Source of the DNA: Andalucia godoyi And28
Lineage: Eukaryota; Protista; Jakobida
Reading direction: 5' to 3'
DNA: 64,000 nucleotides
NCBI GenBank assembly: GCA_009859145.1
Contig: VRVR01000022.1
Span: 274,857-338,856, forward strand
This document shows positions 42,919 through 52,908 of the stretch, piece by piece. Numbering within the stretch: the first letter of the stretch is position 1; every line of letters begins with the position of its first letter. Under the pieces are notes generated by a model. It was given only the letters and a program-made list of their open reading frames with translations. It did no database searches and was not told the DNA's origin. The position numbers and the translations under genes were made by a program.

Positions 42919-44418
42919 TCAATCCATTGCATCTTCGTAGTTGTCGGATGCTGCCGACAGCTCGTCAACGGAGACGTCGGTCTTCGCAGAACTCGACAGT
43001 TTTGCATTGGAAGGCATTGCGCGAGAGCTGCCTGTGGAGTGTAAGTGGTTGTTTTTAGGAGATGAAGAGATCGGATCGCAGACGGCTGGCTGTTTCGTGA
43101 CCGACCGCATGATGTTCTCAATCAGAGCATCGTCGTCGGAATCGTCGATAGGAAATGGAGTCGCAGTCACGGGAGTGGAGGAAGAAGACACAAGAATTGG
43201 AGTGGAGCTTCCTTGACTTCCTTGAACGCTCCGAATATGAGAGCTTTGCAAAGCCGCTTTCCCTCCAGGAAAATTGGAATTCGTAAAACTGGATCCGTGA
43301 TAAGAACCACCACCACCACCACCACCACCACCACCTCCTCCTCCTCCACCAACTGCATGCATCAAATTTCCAGAGGAAGTTCTTCGATGAAACTGCGCGG
43401 CAATTCCTCGTCCAGATGGAACGCTTCCCACAGGTCGATCTCCTTCTCGCTCGCTGCTTGCATTCGCTGCTGCATCTTCAATTGATATTTCCTCCAGAAT
43501 GGAGTTCCCTCTGCGATGCCGATTCTCGACTGCAAGCATCGACATCTTATCGCTGGACCCAATGGTCTCGACATTGAAAGAGTCCTTTGTATCCATTGAG
43601 GATGACTTCCGTTTCGAGGCATCCACCAACGCGCCATAAGGTCTTTTTGCAAGCGCTTTTGATCCCGAGGAAGGACGAGGCCCATTTCCAATTGTGAAAC
43701 TGGTTCTTCCAGTCTGAGCAGAAACAGGAGTGTTGGAGCTGGTCCCTGGGGCCGTTGCAGTCCCGCTGGAGCTCTCTGCCGAATCTGCGCTCGAATCAAG
43801 ATCCTTCTCTGGGTCCTCACTGCCACTGGGTCCTCCCCCCATCACTGACTCATTCACACTCACTCCCGTTCTTCGTGGATCTTCATCAAAGTCATCGGAT
43901 GTGGCATCATAGTCCAGCTCATCGAGATCATCCTCATTTTGCTGCTTTGTCATTGGCGGCACGTCGTAATTCACCGATCCTTGGCCGGGCAGAAGCGATG
44001 TCGCAACCGCAAGTTTTAATATTCCGTTGAATTTCGACTCGGACAAGACACACTTCCGCGGAATCCGAACATTGTTCGATTTCGCAAACTCGGATATATT
44101 CAATTCGACAACCCCAAGTCTGTTGATTTTCCTTCCTCCTTTGACTTCTTGCCGCACGGACAAGCGTACGATACACGGCTGGAGAACCCGATTCTCTTTA
44201 GAAAAAGGAGCCAGGTCAACATCAAACGTGAATATCCAGTTCCAATCTACGGTTCGTGTCGCGGGTTGCACAGCAACGCGCGGTGTTTCAGACGTGAGAA
44301 ACGATCCGGTGCGGGATTTCGCTTTGACGAAGATGACTGCATTGGGAAAAGGAACATGCACAAGCTGCTCGACGATGAGAATTACACGGAATCGTAGCCG
44401 CTCTCGTTTCCAGAACAT
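42919..44418 (-). CDS. NT-C2 domain protein (EEIG1/FAM102-like) with a disordered S/G-rich tail
   Basis: FRVILIVEQLVHVPFPNAVIFVK...VDWNWIFTF...CIVRLSVRQEVKGG...LGVVELNISEFA, a typical NT-C2 fold. Confidence 0.8.
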   Translation of the reverse strand: MFWKRERLRFRVILIVEQLVHVPFPNAVIFVKAKSRTGSFLTSETPRVAVQPATRTVDWNWIFTFDVDLAPFSKENRVLQPCIVRLSVRQEVKGGRKINRLGVVELNISEFAKSNNVRIPRKCVLSESKFNGILKLAVATSLLPGQGSVNYDVPPMTKQQNEDDLDELDYDATSDDFDEDPRRTGVSVNESVMGGGPSGSEDPEKDLDSSADSAESSSGTATAPGTSSNTPVSAQTGRTSFTIGNGPRPSSGSKALAKRPYGALVDASKRKSSSMDTKDSFNVETIGSSDKMSMLAVENRHRRGNSILEEISIEDAAANASSEREGDRPVGSVPSGRGIAAQFHRRTSSGNLMHAVGGGGGGGGGGGGGGGSYHGSSFTNSNFPGGKAALQSSHIRSVQGSQGSSTPILVSSSSTPVTATPFPIDDSDDDALIENIMRSVTKQPAVCDPISSSPKNNHLHSTGSSRAMPSNAKLSSSAKTDVSVDELSAASDNYEDAMD

Positions 44419-44764
44419 AATACTCTTGTTCTCCCCGCCCTCTCCTTTGACAATTGAATAAAACTATAACACAAAAAAAAAATAAAAAAAAAGCGCCAAG
44501 CTGTGCGTCAAAAGAAAAAAGAAAAAAAGAAGAAGGAATACAACAACAATAATAAAAGAACTGATAAAAATAGAGGCAAAAGAACAGGAAATGAATCAAA
44601 AAAACTCTTTTTTCTCAAGTCCTTTTCTTCTTCGTCTTCTTCTTCGTCTTCTCCTTGTTCTTTCTTTGTTTAGTTTTTGTTGTGTGGACTTGTGGAAGCC
44701 TACACGAAGAACATGAAGGAGAACATCGAGACGGCAAGAACACCAGACGGTGGACCGTTTAGTG

Positions 44765-45145
44765 TAAGGAACATCAGACAACATCATGCCGAAAGCTTGT
44801 TTGTCCAACCCCTATGGAAAACCGCGATGTTTTCGTACCGTAGTCAAGTCTAGAACTTCTGCATTCTTCACCTTCTTTTCTTTATATTCTTTCTGTTTGT
44901 TTGTTTTAATAATCGAATCCTCACACAGCACCTTTCATCAAAAAACAAAACATCGCATGGCTCCAAAGGGGATCTTGCCGACAAACTCACACCGGCCATG
45001 CCCGAAGTTGCCGAGAACCAAGAAACTCGTGGTTGCGACGACCCTCTGATGCAGAGCAATCTGCATGGAAAGAATTGGATCTGTCTTTGGGAGACAGCTT
45101 AACCGCTGATCAGTAACGATTCATGTTTTGGCGAGCGGAAACAAC
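44765..45145 (-). repeat. Copy C (most divergent) of the dispersed degenerate element
   Basis: Shares TACCGTAGTCAAGTCTAG (44836-44853), GCAGAGCAATCTGCAT, TTGGATCTG and the 45099-45134 block with copies A/B, in the same order. Confidence 0.75.
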
Positions 45146-45813
45146 GTATTCGAATTCCCCTCTGTACCACACCAGTTGCTGGTGCTTCGTAGTTCGCAGC
45201 ACATCGATGCTCCTTCATGTATGTTGGCAAATGGGGGATTCATTAAACGCGGCTCCACCGGTCAAAGGGCCAGGCGGCATGTCACCAGAGGCAGCGTTCT
45301 TTCGATACGCATTGTACTGCGCGCGTTCCATTCCAGTCTCGGTCTGCACGCCGGACACCACCGCAGCGCTGCGCCACCGCCGAGTTACTGGTGGACAACA
45401 ACTGTACTGTTCTGTCACAATGCGAACTTGTCGACTCGCTTAGCAGAATCTGGGGCGACTCTGTTTCCTGGTTCCAATGCGGATTCATCATTCACAGAGC
45501 GAAATCCAAAACGCAGTCGGGAAGATCTCTTGAAAAAAAATAAATAAATACTGTCATAAAACACTCACGCGACTGTAGAGCAGCTTCCATCTCCATCTTT
45601 TTGACCTTTTTGTTTGGGTTGGGGTTGGGGGGAACTTGGGTCGGCCAGCGTAGCTTAGACCATGCATCGTTTTCCCCGCCAATGAATTGGATAATTGCTG
45701 ATCAAAGAGGCGATTCAGACTTGCGATCTCAAACGTTTTTTCCATTTCGATTTCGTTATTATGTTTAATAGTTAATAACTAATAATAATTACTTTCTTTG
45801 TTGCTTTCTTCTT

Positions 45814-45814
<1 letters not shown>

Positions 45815-45883
<69 letters not shown>
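45815..45883 (+). repeat. (TAT)n microsatellite, about 23 units
   Basis: Direct reading. Confidence 0.9.
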
Positions 45884-45884
<1 letters not shown>

Positions 45885-46002
45885 TGACCGGCACCATCAT
45901 CCTAGGTCTTCCTTTCCTCCTTTCTTCCGCTTGTTGTTGTTGTTGTTGGTGGTGGTGGTGTTGTTGTTGTTGTTGTTGTCCTTCTTGTAGCGTTTGGTTG
46001 AG

Positions 46003-48741
46003 ATGCCTGCGTGTAGTATTAAGGTGTGCATCCGCTTTCGTCCTTTTAACCGCCGTGAGTTGGCGCTTGGGGAGTCGAAGGGCAAGTTTCAGATCCAGGA
46101 TGGGGTGAATCTGGAGTGTCTTGGAAACACACTGCAGCATCACCAGTTTGCATTTGATCGGATTTTTGGGATGAACACAAACCAACCAGAGGTTTTTGAG
46201 TATGTCGGAAGACCTTGCATTGAGGATGTGATGCAGGGTTTCAATGGAACGATTTTCGCGTACGGCCAGACCGGTGCGGGAAAGTCGTTTTCGATGATGG
46301 GCGATTTGCACCAGGAGGAAATCAAGGGCATTATTCCACGAGGCGCAAACCTGATTTTTAGAACTATCGACAAGGACACGTCAAGCACGGAATACTCAGT
46401 GAAATGCTCTTACCTGGAAATCTACAACGAAACCATTCAGGATCTGCTCGATCCAACGGGGCTGAAGAAGAATCTCAAGATCCACGAGTCGCCTCAGAAG
46501 GGAATTTACATCCAGGATCTCACAGAAGAATATGTGAACAACGAGGAGGATATTTACACCCTGCTGGACATCGGCGCGTCGAATCGAGCTGTTGCGTCGA
46601 CAAACATGAATTTGGAGTCGTCTCGATCGCACACCGTGTTCATCATCGAAGTGCACCAAAAGACAGGAGATGGGTCCACAAAGTCCGGTCGGCTGAATCT
46701 GGTCGATCTTGCTGGCTCGGAAAAAGTTGGAAAGACGGGAGCGACTGGACAGACTCTGGAAGAAGCAAAAGGGATCAACAAGTCGTTGTCTGCGCTCGGT
46801 CTCTGCATCAATGCCCTGGTGGAGGGCAGAAAACATGTTCCATACCGCGATTCAAAGCTTACGAGAATTTTGCAAGATTCGCTGGGCGGAAACACAAAGA
46901 CAACGCTGCTCTGTGCGTGCTCGCCCCACGACGACAACTTTGAAGAAACCATTTCGACGCTCAAGTTTGGCGCTCGTGCCAAGACAATCAAGACGAACGT
47001 CAAGGCCAACACACAAAAGAGTGCGGCGGAGCTCATGCGTATTATTGAAAAGCTCAAGCAGGAGCTTGCCGCTCTCAAAGCCTATTGCGCCGAGTTGGAG
47101 AAGCAGCTACCGTCCGCCAAGGTCGCTGAAATCCGAGAGAAAGTGGCATCCATTGTCGGTACGGCTTCCGATGCCACGGATGGCTCCGGTGCGCCTGCAC
47201 TCGGTGACGATGAGAGCAATGCAGATGACGAGAATGTTGTGAATAATCCGTCGCTTGTTACCCGGGCACTGGAGTCTGATCCCGTGGCATCTGCAGAGAT
47301 GGCTGCGGAACTTGATCGAGTTCGCGAGGAGTCGCGGACTCGGGTTGCAAATTTGGAATCCGACCTGTTGGAAGCTACCCAACGGGAAGAGGAGCTGCGG
47401 GCTCGGATCAAGACCCTTGAGACCACCTCTGCGAATGTCGATTCACTGCTCGCCGCAAAGGATGCAGATCACTCGCGACAGTCCGCTGTGTGGAACGATG
47501 AGAAAAACAAGCTCATTTTCGAGCGGGAGCAGGTTGAGCTCGATCTGGAACACATTATCGCGGAATTGGAAGATGCAAAGATTGCCCGTGAGAAGATGCA
47601 AAAGGAACTCGCAATGACCAGAACGTCTTTCAATGAATACAAGTTGCAAACGGGGGACATGGAAAAGCTGCAAGCGGAGCAGGAAATTCTGTTTGAGGAA
47701 CTAGCTGCTGCTGAAGAAAAATTTGCGATCACGCAGGAGAAGTGTGACATGTATCGCCAGCAGGCGGACGTCAATTCGAGAAAGGCAGAGGACACGCTGA
47801 AATCCCTCAAGGATGTGGAGAAGGAGCGCGACGAGCTGTACGATTATATTCAATCACTGGAGAGAGATCTGGAAGAGGCGACCCGCAAACGCATTGAAGA
47901 GGAGGGCAAGGTCAAGCAGCTTGAACAGACACTCGCGGATAGCCGCGTGCAGTCCGGGGAGGCCAAGGCTTCTGCCCAAGCGAATGCCGCCCAGCAGTTG
48001 ATTGTCGCGCAAACACAAATGGAGGTTCTGGCGTCGGAGAAGAGGTCTCTCGAATCGCGTCTCGAAATGGAGTCGCTTCGGGTTTCCGTGTTGACGGAGA
48101 AGAACGAGACGTTGTCCAAGGAATCCAGTGATTTGCAATCGCAGGTTGTTGCGTTGCAGGAGAAATCCATTGCTGCCGAGAAGCGTGCTGCAGAAGCTCA
48201 TCATGCGGCTGCTGACGCAGTTTCGTCCAAAGAGGCGGAGTCGCTGCGTGCGCGAGTAGGTGTACTGGAGAAGGAGAAGATCCAGTTGGAATCTGCAAAG
48301 GATGTTGCGGAGTTTGAAGCCGCAGAGGCGGCCAAGAAATCGTCCCAGATGCAGTTCAAAGTCAACTCGTTGCAAACGCGTTGTGATGCCCTGGAAGAGG
48401 AGGTCAAGAGACTTCGAGGTCGGATGCAAGAAATTGAGGTCAAGGCTGATGCAGAAGAGAAGAGCAAAGTTGAGCTCCAGCAGAAGCTCGACGAATCGGA
48501 TAAGCAGGTGCAGCAGCTCAAGTTGCTGAACGAGAATAACATTCGTCGTGCAAAAGTCTGGAAGCCAATCACCAAGTCAGGATCTTCAGTCATTGATGCG
48601 TTTTCACAAAAAGAGGAATTCGGCATGCACAAACTTCGATCGACGGGATCCAAGTTGTTGGAGGAAGCGCGAGAGCAAGCACGAGCTGCCGATTCTCCAA
48701 AGGCGTCTCCGTCGCCGCATTCTGCGTTTTCATCCAAATGA
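46003..48741 (+). CDS. Kinesin-1-like heavy chain
   Basis: IKVCIRFRP, FNGTIFAYGQTGAGKS (P-loop), NLESSRSH, LVDLAGSE, HVPYRDSKLTRILQDSLGGN; long coiled coil; tail KVWKPI resembling the IAK motif. Confidence 0.9.
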   Translation: MPACSIKVCIRFRPFNRRELALGESKGKFQIQDGVNLECLGNTLQHHQFAFDRIFGMNTNQPEVFEYVGRPCIEDVMQGFNGTIFAYGQTGAGKSFSMMGDLHQEEIKGIIPRGANLIFRTIDKDTSSTEYSVKCSYLEIYNETIQDLLDPTGLKKNLKIHESPQKGIYIQDLTEEYVNNEEDIYTLLDIGASNRAVASTNMNLESSRSHTVFIIEVHQKTGDGSTKSGRLNLVDLAGSEKVGKTGATGQTLEEAKGINKSLSALGLCINALVEGRKHVPYRDSKLTRILQDSLGGNTKTTLLCACSPHDDNFEETISTLKFGARAKTIKTNVKANTQKSAAELMRIIEKLKQELAALKAYCAELEKQLPSAKVAEIREKVASIVGTASDATDGSGAPALGDDESNADDENVVNNPSLVTRALESDPVASAEMAAELDRVREESRTRVANLESDLLEATQREEELRARIKTLETTSANVDSLLAAKDADHSRQSAVWNDEKNKLIFEREQVELDLEHIIAELEDAKIAREKMQKELAMTRTSFNEYKLQTGDMEKLQAEQEILFEELAAAEEKFAITQEKCDMYRQQADVNSRKAEDTLKSLKDVEKERDELYDYIQSLERDLEEATRKRIEEEGKVKQLEQTLADSRVQSGEAKASAQANAAQQLIVAQTQMEVLASEKRSLESRLEMESLRVSVLTEKNETLSKESSDLQSQVVALQEKSIAAEKRAAEAHHAAADAVSSKEAESLRARVGVLEKEKIQLESAKDVAEFEAAEAAKKSSQMQFKVNSLQTRCDALEEEVKRLRGRMQEIEVKADAEEKSKVELQQKLDESDKQVQQLKLLNENNIRRAKVWKPITKSGSSVIDAFSQKEEFGMHKLRSTGSKLLEEAREQARAADSPKASPSPHSAFSSK

Positions 48742-48966
48742 AGATGAGGACGCCACAACGATTGTTTATCACTCTTTTTTTTATTATTTTATTTTTTTAA
48801 TTCATTGTTTGTTAATTTGACCATGGAATCATATATTTTGTACACCATTGTTTGTTCCTTAGTGTGCTTGTTTGGGACGTCTAAATAAAGGCGCGGAATC
48901 CAAGGGATTTACGAGGTTGTGCAACACCATACAATTCGTCTGATCGTTTGGGCGCCATCCTTTGGA

Positions 48967-49758
48967 TTACTTTTTCTGTGAAATTCTATTGATGGTCGCT
49001 TGCAATCGCTCTGCATACTCCTGAGACGCGTACGAAGTTGCCTGACACACGGCTTCTCGCTCGAGAGCCTGCTCAAGGCCATCGCCGTCAACCTGCATGC
49101 GAAGCGTTTGAGTGACCATACCGACAGAATCCGGCCCTCCCTTTGCAATCTGTTCGCCCATTGCTTGTGCTTCTCTCACAACGTTCTGACTGCCCTCCAC
49201 AACCTTGAGAGCCAGTCCGTAGTCCAGCGCTTCTTGGCCAGAGATGACGGCGCCCGTTTGCAGCAGGTACATTGCAACGTCTCGGCGAACCACCCGCGGC
49301 AAAATATGCGTTGCGCCCATTCCCGCATGAAGACCAAGTGACGTGAATGTCAGCCCGAGTCTGGTATTCTTCTCTACAATCCGAATGTCTGCCGCGCAAG
49401 CCAAGCACAAGCCCGCACCGATGGCAACTCCGTTCACTGCCGCGATCAGCGGAACCCGAAGGCTGCGCATGCTCAGAAACTGGCCGTAAAAGCTTCTCAT
49501 CGTCTTCACGTTTTCCTGGAACGGAGTCCGAATGCGCTCCTTCAAAAAGTCCATGTCCCCTCCCGATGAAAAAGCTGGATCTTCTCCCGTAAGAACCACT
49601 GCGCGGACAGCCTCGTCATGCAACCTTCCAGAATGACTGATCGACGCCACAATCGACGCAAACTGCTTTCCCATCGCATCCGTAAGACAGTTCAGCTTTC
49701 CTGGATTCGAAAGAGTCAACGTAACGACGCCATTCTTGATGGCTGCACGAACTGACAT
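48967..49758 (-). CDS. Enoyl-CoA hydratase/isomerase (crotonase) family protein
   Basis: LTLSNPGKLNCL, VVLTGEDPAFSSGGDM, PLIAAVNGVAIGAGLCLACAADIRI, GLHAGMGATHILPR. Confidence 0.92.
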   Translation of the reverse strand: MSVRAAIKNGVVTLTLSNPGKLNCLTDAMGKQFASIVASISHSGRLHDEAVRAVVLTGEDPAFSSGGDMDFLKERIRTPFQENVKTMRSFYGQFLSMRSLRVPLIAAVNGVAIGAGLCLACAADIRIVEKNTRLGLTFTSLGLHAGMGATHILPRVVRRDVAMYLLQTGAVISGQEALDYGLALKVVEGSQNVVREAQAMGEQIAKGGPDSVGMVTQTLRMQVDGDGLEQALEREAVCQATSYASQEYAERLQATINRISQKK

Positions 49759-50170
49759 GGTTGCGTGAGAGAGGGATAGAGAGAATTAAAGCAATTCTCG
49801 GACTGCGTTCGCAAAACCCAAAGTCACGCTGTTCTCATCGGTGATCACAAAATGCGTTGGGAAAATACAGTGCTGCATCCTTTGCAAAAATGGTAGCGGC
49901 CTCAATCCAGATTCTCTCCAAAAAAAAAAAAAAAAGCGCATGCATGCACTTGAGTGCCGTTGTCCGTTGACACTTGACACACATTGGAAAAAGCATGCTT
50001 TCTCGTTTGTTTCGTGCTTCTTCTTTCTCCATCTTGGTTTTCCCATTTCTGAATTTGGCCCAAGGGTGCTTTTCAAGAGTCGATTGAACCCGTTCATCCG
50101 CTGGAAATCTTTAAAAAAAAACCGCTCACCAACAATCGCAGAGGCAGCAGAAATTAAAGAGGAGGAAAAA

Positions 50171-50755
50171 ATGTCGATGCAATTCCACAAGCCCAATTCG
50201 TCGTTATCTTCTTCTTCAGAGCAGCCGCCTGCAAATGGCGCTCGGGGCGGGACTGGGACTGGGACTGGAGCGCCAACTGAGTCGAAGAAGGAGCGTGCTG
50301 TGAGTCCTGCAGCACCGCAAGTGCGTCCCGAAGCGATCTCTCTTCAGATTCGAGAGCTTGATACGCGCATGACTGGTTTCCGCGAAGAGAAGCACAAACG
50401 GCAGTTGCAAATCGACGCAGATCGGAAAGAACTCGAATATGTGCATTCGGAAATCTCTCGCATTCAAAAGATGAAGGAACAGACGGCGTCGCGACATACA
50501 GTGCACGCTGCAAACATGGGTTCCATGGAACATGCAGTTGGAGTAGGAAAGAAGGAAATTGTGTCAGTCAATCGCAGTGCGACAGAATTGCTGCAGCGCG
50601 CCCATCAGCAGATGCGGATAATCCAACAAAAGAACGACCGCGATCTGGCGTCGGAGCGACCTACGAAGCGCATCTCGACGGAGACGATGCAGCTCCTTGC
50701 GCGTGAAAGCGCCTCGAGCCCAGTCAAGTCGGGAAACCGGCGCTCAGCGTCGTGA
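50171..50755 (+). CDS. Small coiled-coil protein, possibly SSNA1/DIP13-like
   Basis: Start ATG 50171 after an A-run. Heptad pattern LQIRELDTRM...LQIDADRKELEYVHSEISRI...SATELLQRA resembles SSNA1 by eye. Confidence 0.55.
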   Translation: MSMQFHKPNSSLSSSSEQPPANGARGGTGTGTGAPTESKKERAVSPAAPQVRPEAISLQIRELDTRMTGFREEKHKRQLQIDADRKELEYVHSEISRIQKMKEQTASRHTVHAANMGSMEHAVGVGKKEIVSVNRSATELLQRAHQQMRIIQQKNDRDLASERPTKRISTETMQLLARESASSPVKSGNRRSAS

Positions 50756-50961
50756 GAACGGTGGGCATGGGATACCTGTACATATTCTTTCCTCTGTGGA
50801 CATGTTTGTTCTGCTGCAGCAACAACGAGGGAACGTGAAAAGCTATACGCGCATGAATTTTTTTCTGTCTTCCTCATTTAAAAAAATCAAGATCAATCTT
50901 GCTTGAACACTTTGCACAAGGAAAAAAAAAACAGAAAAGAAAAGAAAAAACAAAAACGAGT

Positions 50962-51591
50962 TTACTTGAGGATTGTTCGTTCGAACTGTTCTTTGGCCTG
51001 TTTGAAAAAGGAAGCAAAGGACTGTTCCATGGAAGACGATGAGGACGAGGACGAGGACGAGGACGAGGAGGATGAAGAGCCAAAGCTCTCTTGCTCGGCA
51101 CCTTGCAGGATGACTCGGTTGGTGACTGTCGCAGCGTCGATTTCCATCAGCACGCCGTCGTCGACAACCTCGTCGACCGAAACGACGAGTGCATCGTAGT
51201 GTTCAAGCAGCATTCGCTTGTCAAACTGGTCCTGGAAAAGCGTTCGAAGGGCATCAAAGAGCGATCCAAGAGCGGCAGCAAGCAATGCTTCGTTCTCCCA
51301 TCGCGACCCAATCACATAGAAAAACACGTCGCTTTCAAAGCGATAGACGACAGTCGCTGCGTACTCCTCAAGAAGCGCAATGTCAAATTCATGAGTGGCA
51401 ATCGTCGACTTTGACGTCTTTGTGAACAGCAGGCGCTCAAACTCAGACTGTTCGGCCGCGGAAAACGGATTCTTCGTCACCAATTGCGGAATCCCAGTAG
51501 CCATGTTATAGCCCCAGTAGTGCTTTGAGAGAATCTTGTTTCCTTCATTGTCAAGAATGACAATGCCACGAATCAATCGAACATCATCCAT
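50962..51591 (-). CDS. COPZ: Coatomer zeta subunit (longin fold)
   Basis: IRGIVILDNEGNKILSKHY...EQSEFERLLFTKT...FFYVIGSRWENE...DKRMLLEHYD...VDEVVDDGVLME; poly-Ser near the C-terminus. Confidence 0.9.
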   Translation of the reverse strand: MDDVRLIRGIVILDNEGNKILSKHYWGYNMATGIPQLVTKNPFSAAEQSEFERLLFTKTSKSTIATHEFDIALLEEYAATVVYRFESDVFFYVIGSRWENEALLAAALGSLFDALRTLFQDQFDKRMLLEHYDALVVSVDEVVDDGVLMEIDAATVTNRVILQGAEQESFGSSSSSSSSSSSSSSSSMEQSFASFFKQAKEQFERTILK

Positions 51592-52007
51592 CTCTAAAAT
51601 GAAGGGTTCAAAAAACAGAAAACAAACAAACAACAACGACCCCGACCTACCCTCGATCTCTCCTCTCTTTCTGTTGGTTGGTTGGTGCTGTCGGCCCTCT
51701 TGGGTGGTTCGCGTGAACTGAGTGCTCTGGGTGAACTGAATGAGCTGAAATGACCGGAATCACGAAAATGAAAACTCGCTGCTACGAGATCAAGCTGTCT
51801 TCCAAATGGTCTTAATAGGAGTGGGGAAAGCGGTGTGCTTTGGGGGCTTTCTTTGCCGGATGAAAAATCGACACGCGTCGACAATGATGGTGGGGGGAAG
51901 CCCCAGCCAGCAGAAAAGGAACCGCGGCACTCGTTCAAGAAGCCTGGTTGACTGGGTTTGTGTGTGGGTTTGAGTTTGGGTTTGGAGTTTGTGTGCATGT
52001 CTTTACA

Positions 52008-52691
52008 ATGTCATCGCGGGTTGTGAATTTCGTGCGTGAAGGGAAAAAGATTCTGGGGGTGTTGCGCAACTATCGCGCACATGCAACGGAGCTGGGAAAT
52101 CCAGTTCCCAAAGAACCGATCTTCTTTCTGAAGCCGACGACGGCTTATCTCTCCGAGTCCAGCGATGCCAAGATTGTGATTCCTAAAGGTGCGGAAGTTC
52201 ATCACGAAGTTGAATTGGCGGTTGTGATTGGAAAGAATGGAAGGAACATTGCGGTGTCAGATGCGCTTTCTCATGTCGGAGGTTATGCCCTTGCATTGGA
52301 TATGACGGCTCGCAACTATCAGCAACAAGCAAAGGAGGCTGGGCTGCCATGGTTCAAAGGAAAGTGCTGGGATACGTTTGCTCCCATTTCCGAGCTGATT
52401 TCCAAGGATGCTGTGGAACCGTCTTTGCAGTCAGGTAAGTTGAACCTTGTGTTGACTGTGGACGGTGTCCAGAAACAGAATGCAACGACGTCTTCCATGA
52501 TCTTTGACGTGGCCACGATTATTGCTGCTGCTTCACGAGTCGTAACGCTCGAAGAAGGCGATGTGATCCTCACGGGGACACCGGAAGGAGTGGGTCCTGT
52601 CTCGCATGGAAATATAATCACTGCACGAATGATCGATCAGTCCGGAAAGACAATTTCGCAAATTAAATTCCCTGTCGTTGCAGAGCAGTAG
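52008..52691 (+). CDS. FAHD1: FAHD1-like fumarylacetoacetate hydrolase family protein (acylpyruvase/oxaloacetate decarboxylase)
   Basis: RNYRAHATELGN...PIFFLKP, HHEVELAVVIGK, ALDMTARN, PWFKGKCWDTFAP, LEEGDVILTGTPEGVG. Confidence 0.93.
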   Translation: MSSRVVNFVREGKKILGVLRNYRAHATELGNPVPKEPIFFLKPTTAYLSESSDAKIVIPKGAEVHHEVELAVVIGKNGRNIAVSDALSHVGGYALALDMTARNYQQQAKEAGLPWFKGKCWDTFAPISELISKDAVEPSLQSGKLNLVLTVDGVQKQNATTSSMIFDVATIIAAASRVVTLEEGDVILTGTPEGVGPVSHGNIITARMIDQSGKTISQIKFPVVAEQ

Positions 52692-52908
52692 TGTGCTCTC
52701 CACCGCAGAAAGGGTTAATCGTGTTTTTTTTTTTTTTTTTTTTGGTTTGCTTCTATACGGATATTGTTGTTGGTTTGCTGGCTGTTGTCTGGACTGTGCT
52801 CATTCTTGTTACCATTTCTTCCATGTCAAAGATACGCTAAGACCAAAAATGAGAACTCGAATCAGATCGTTTTTAATACAAGTTTTTAATGTTTAAAAGA
52901 AAGTGTTT

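Noticed and set aside
45040-45070. Hammerhead or group I/II intron core in the repeated element
   Set aside because: CTGATGCAG lacks the CUGANGA core and a matching GAAA strand. No convincing P/Q/R/S elements or domain V were found.
49841-50170. N-terminal extension of the SSNA1-like ORF
   Set aside because: Starts at a non-ATG codon and crosses poly-A/AT-rich divergent-promoter sequence; ATG 50171 is more plausible.
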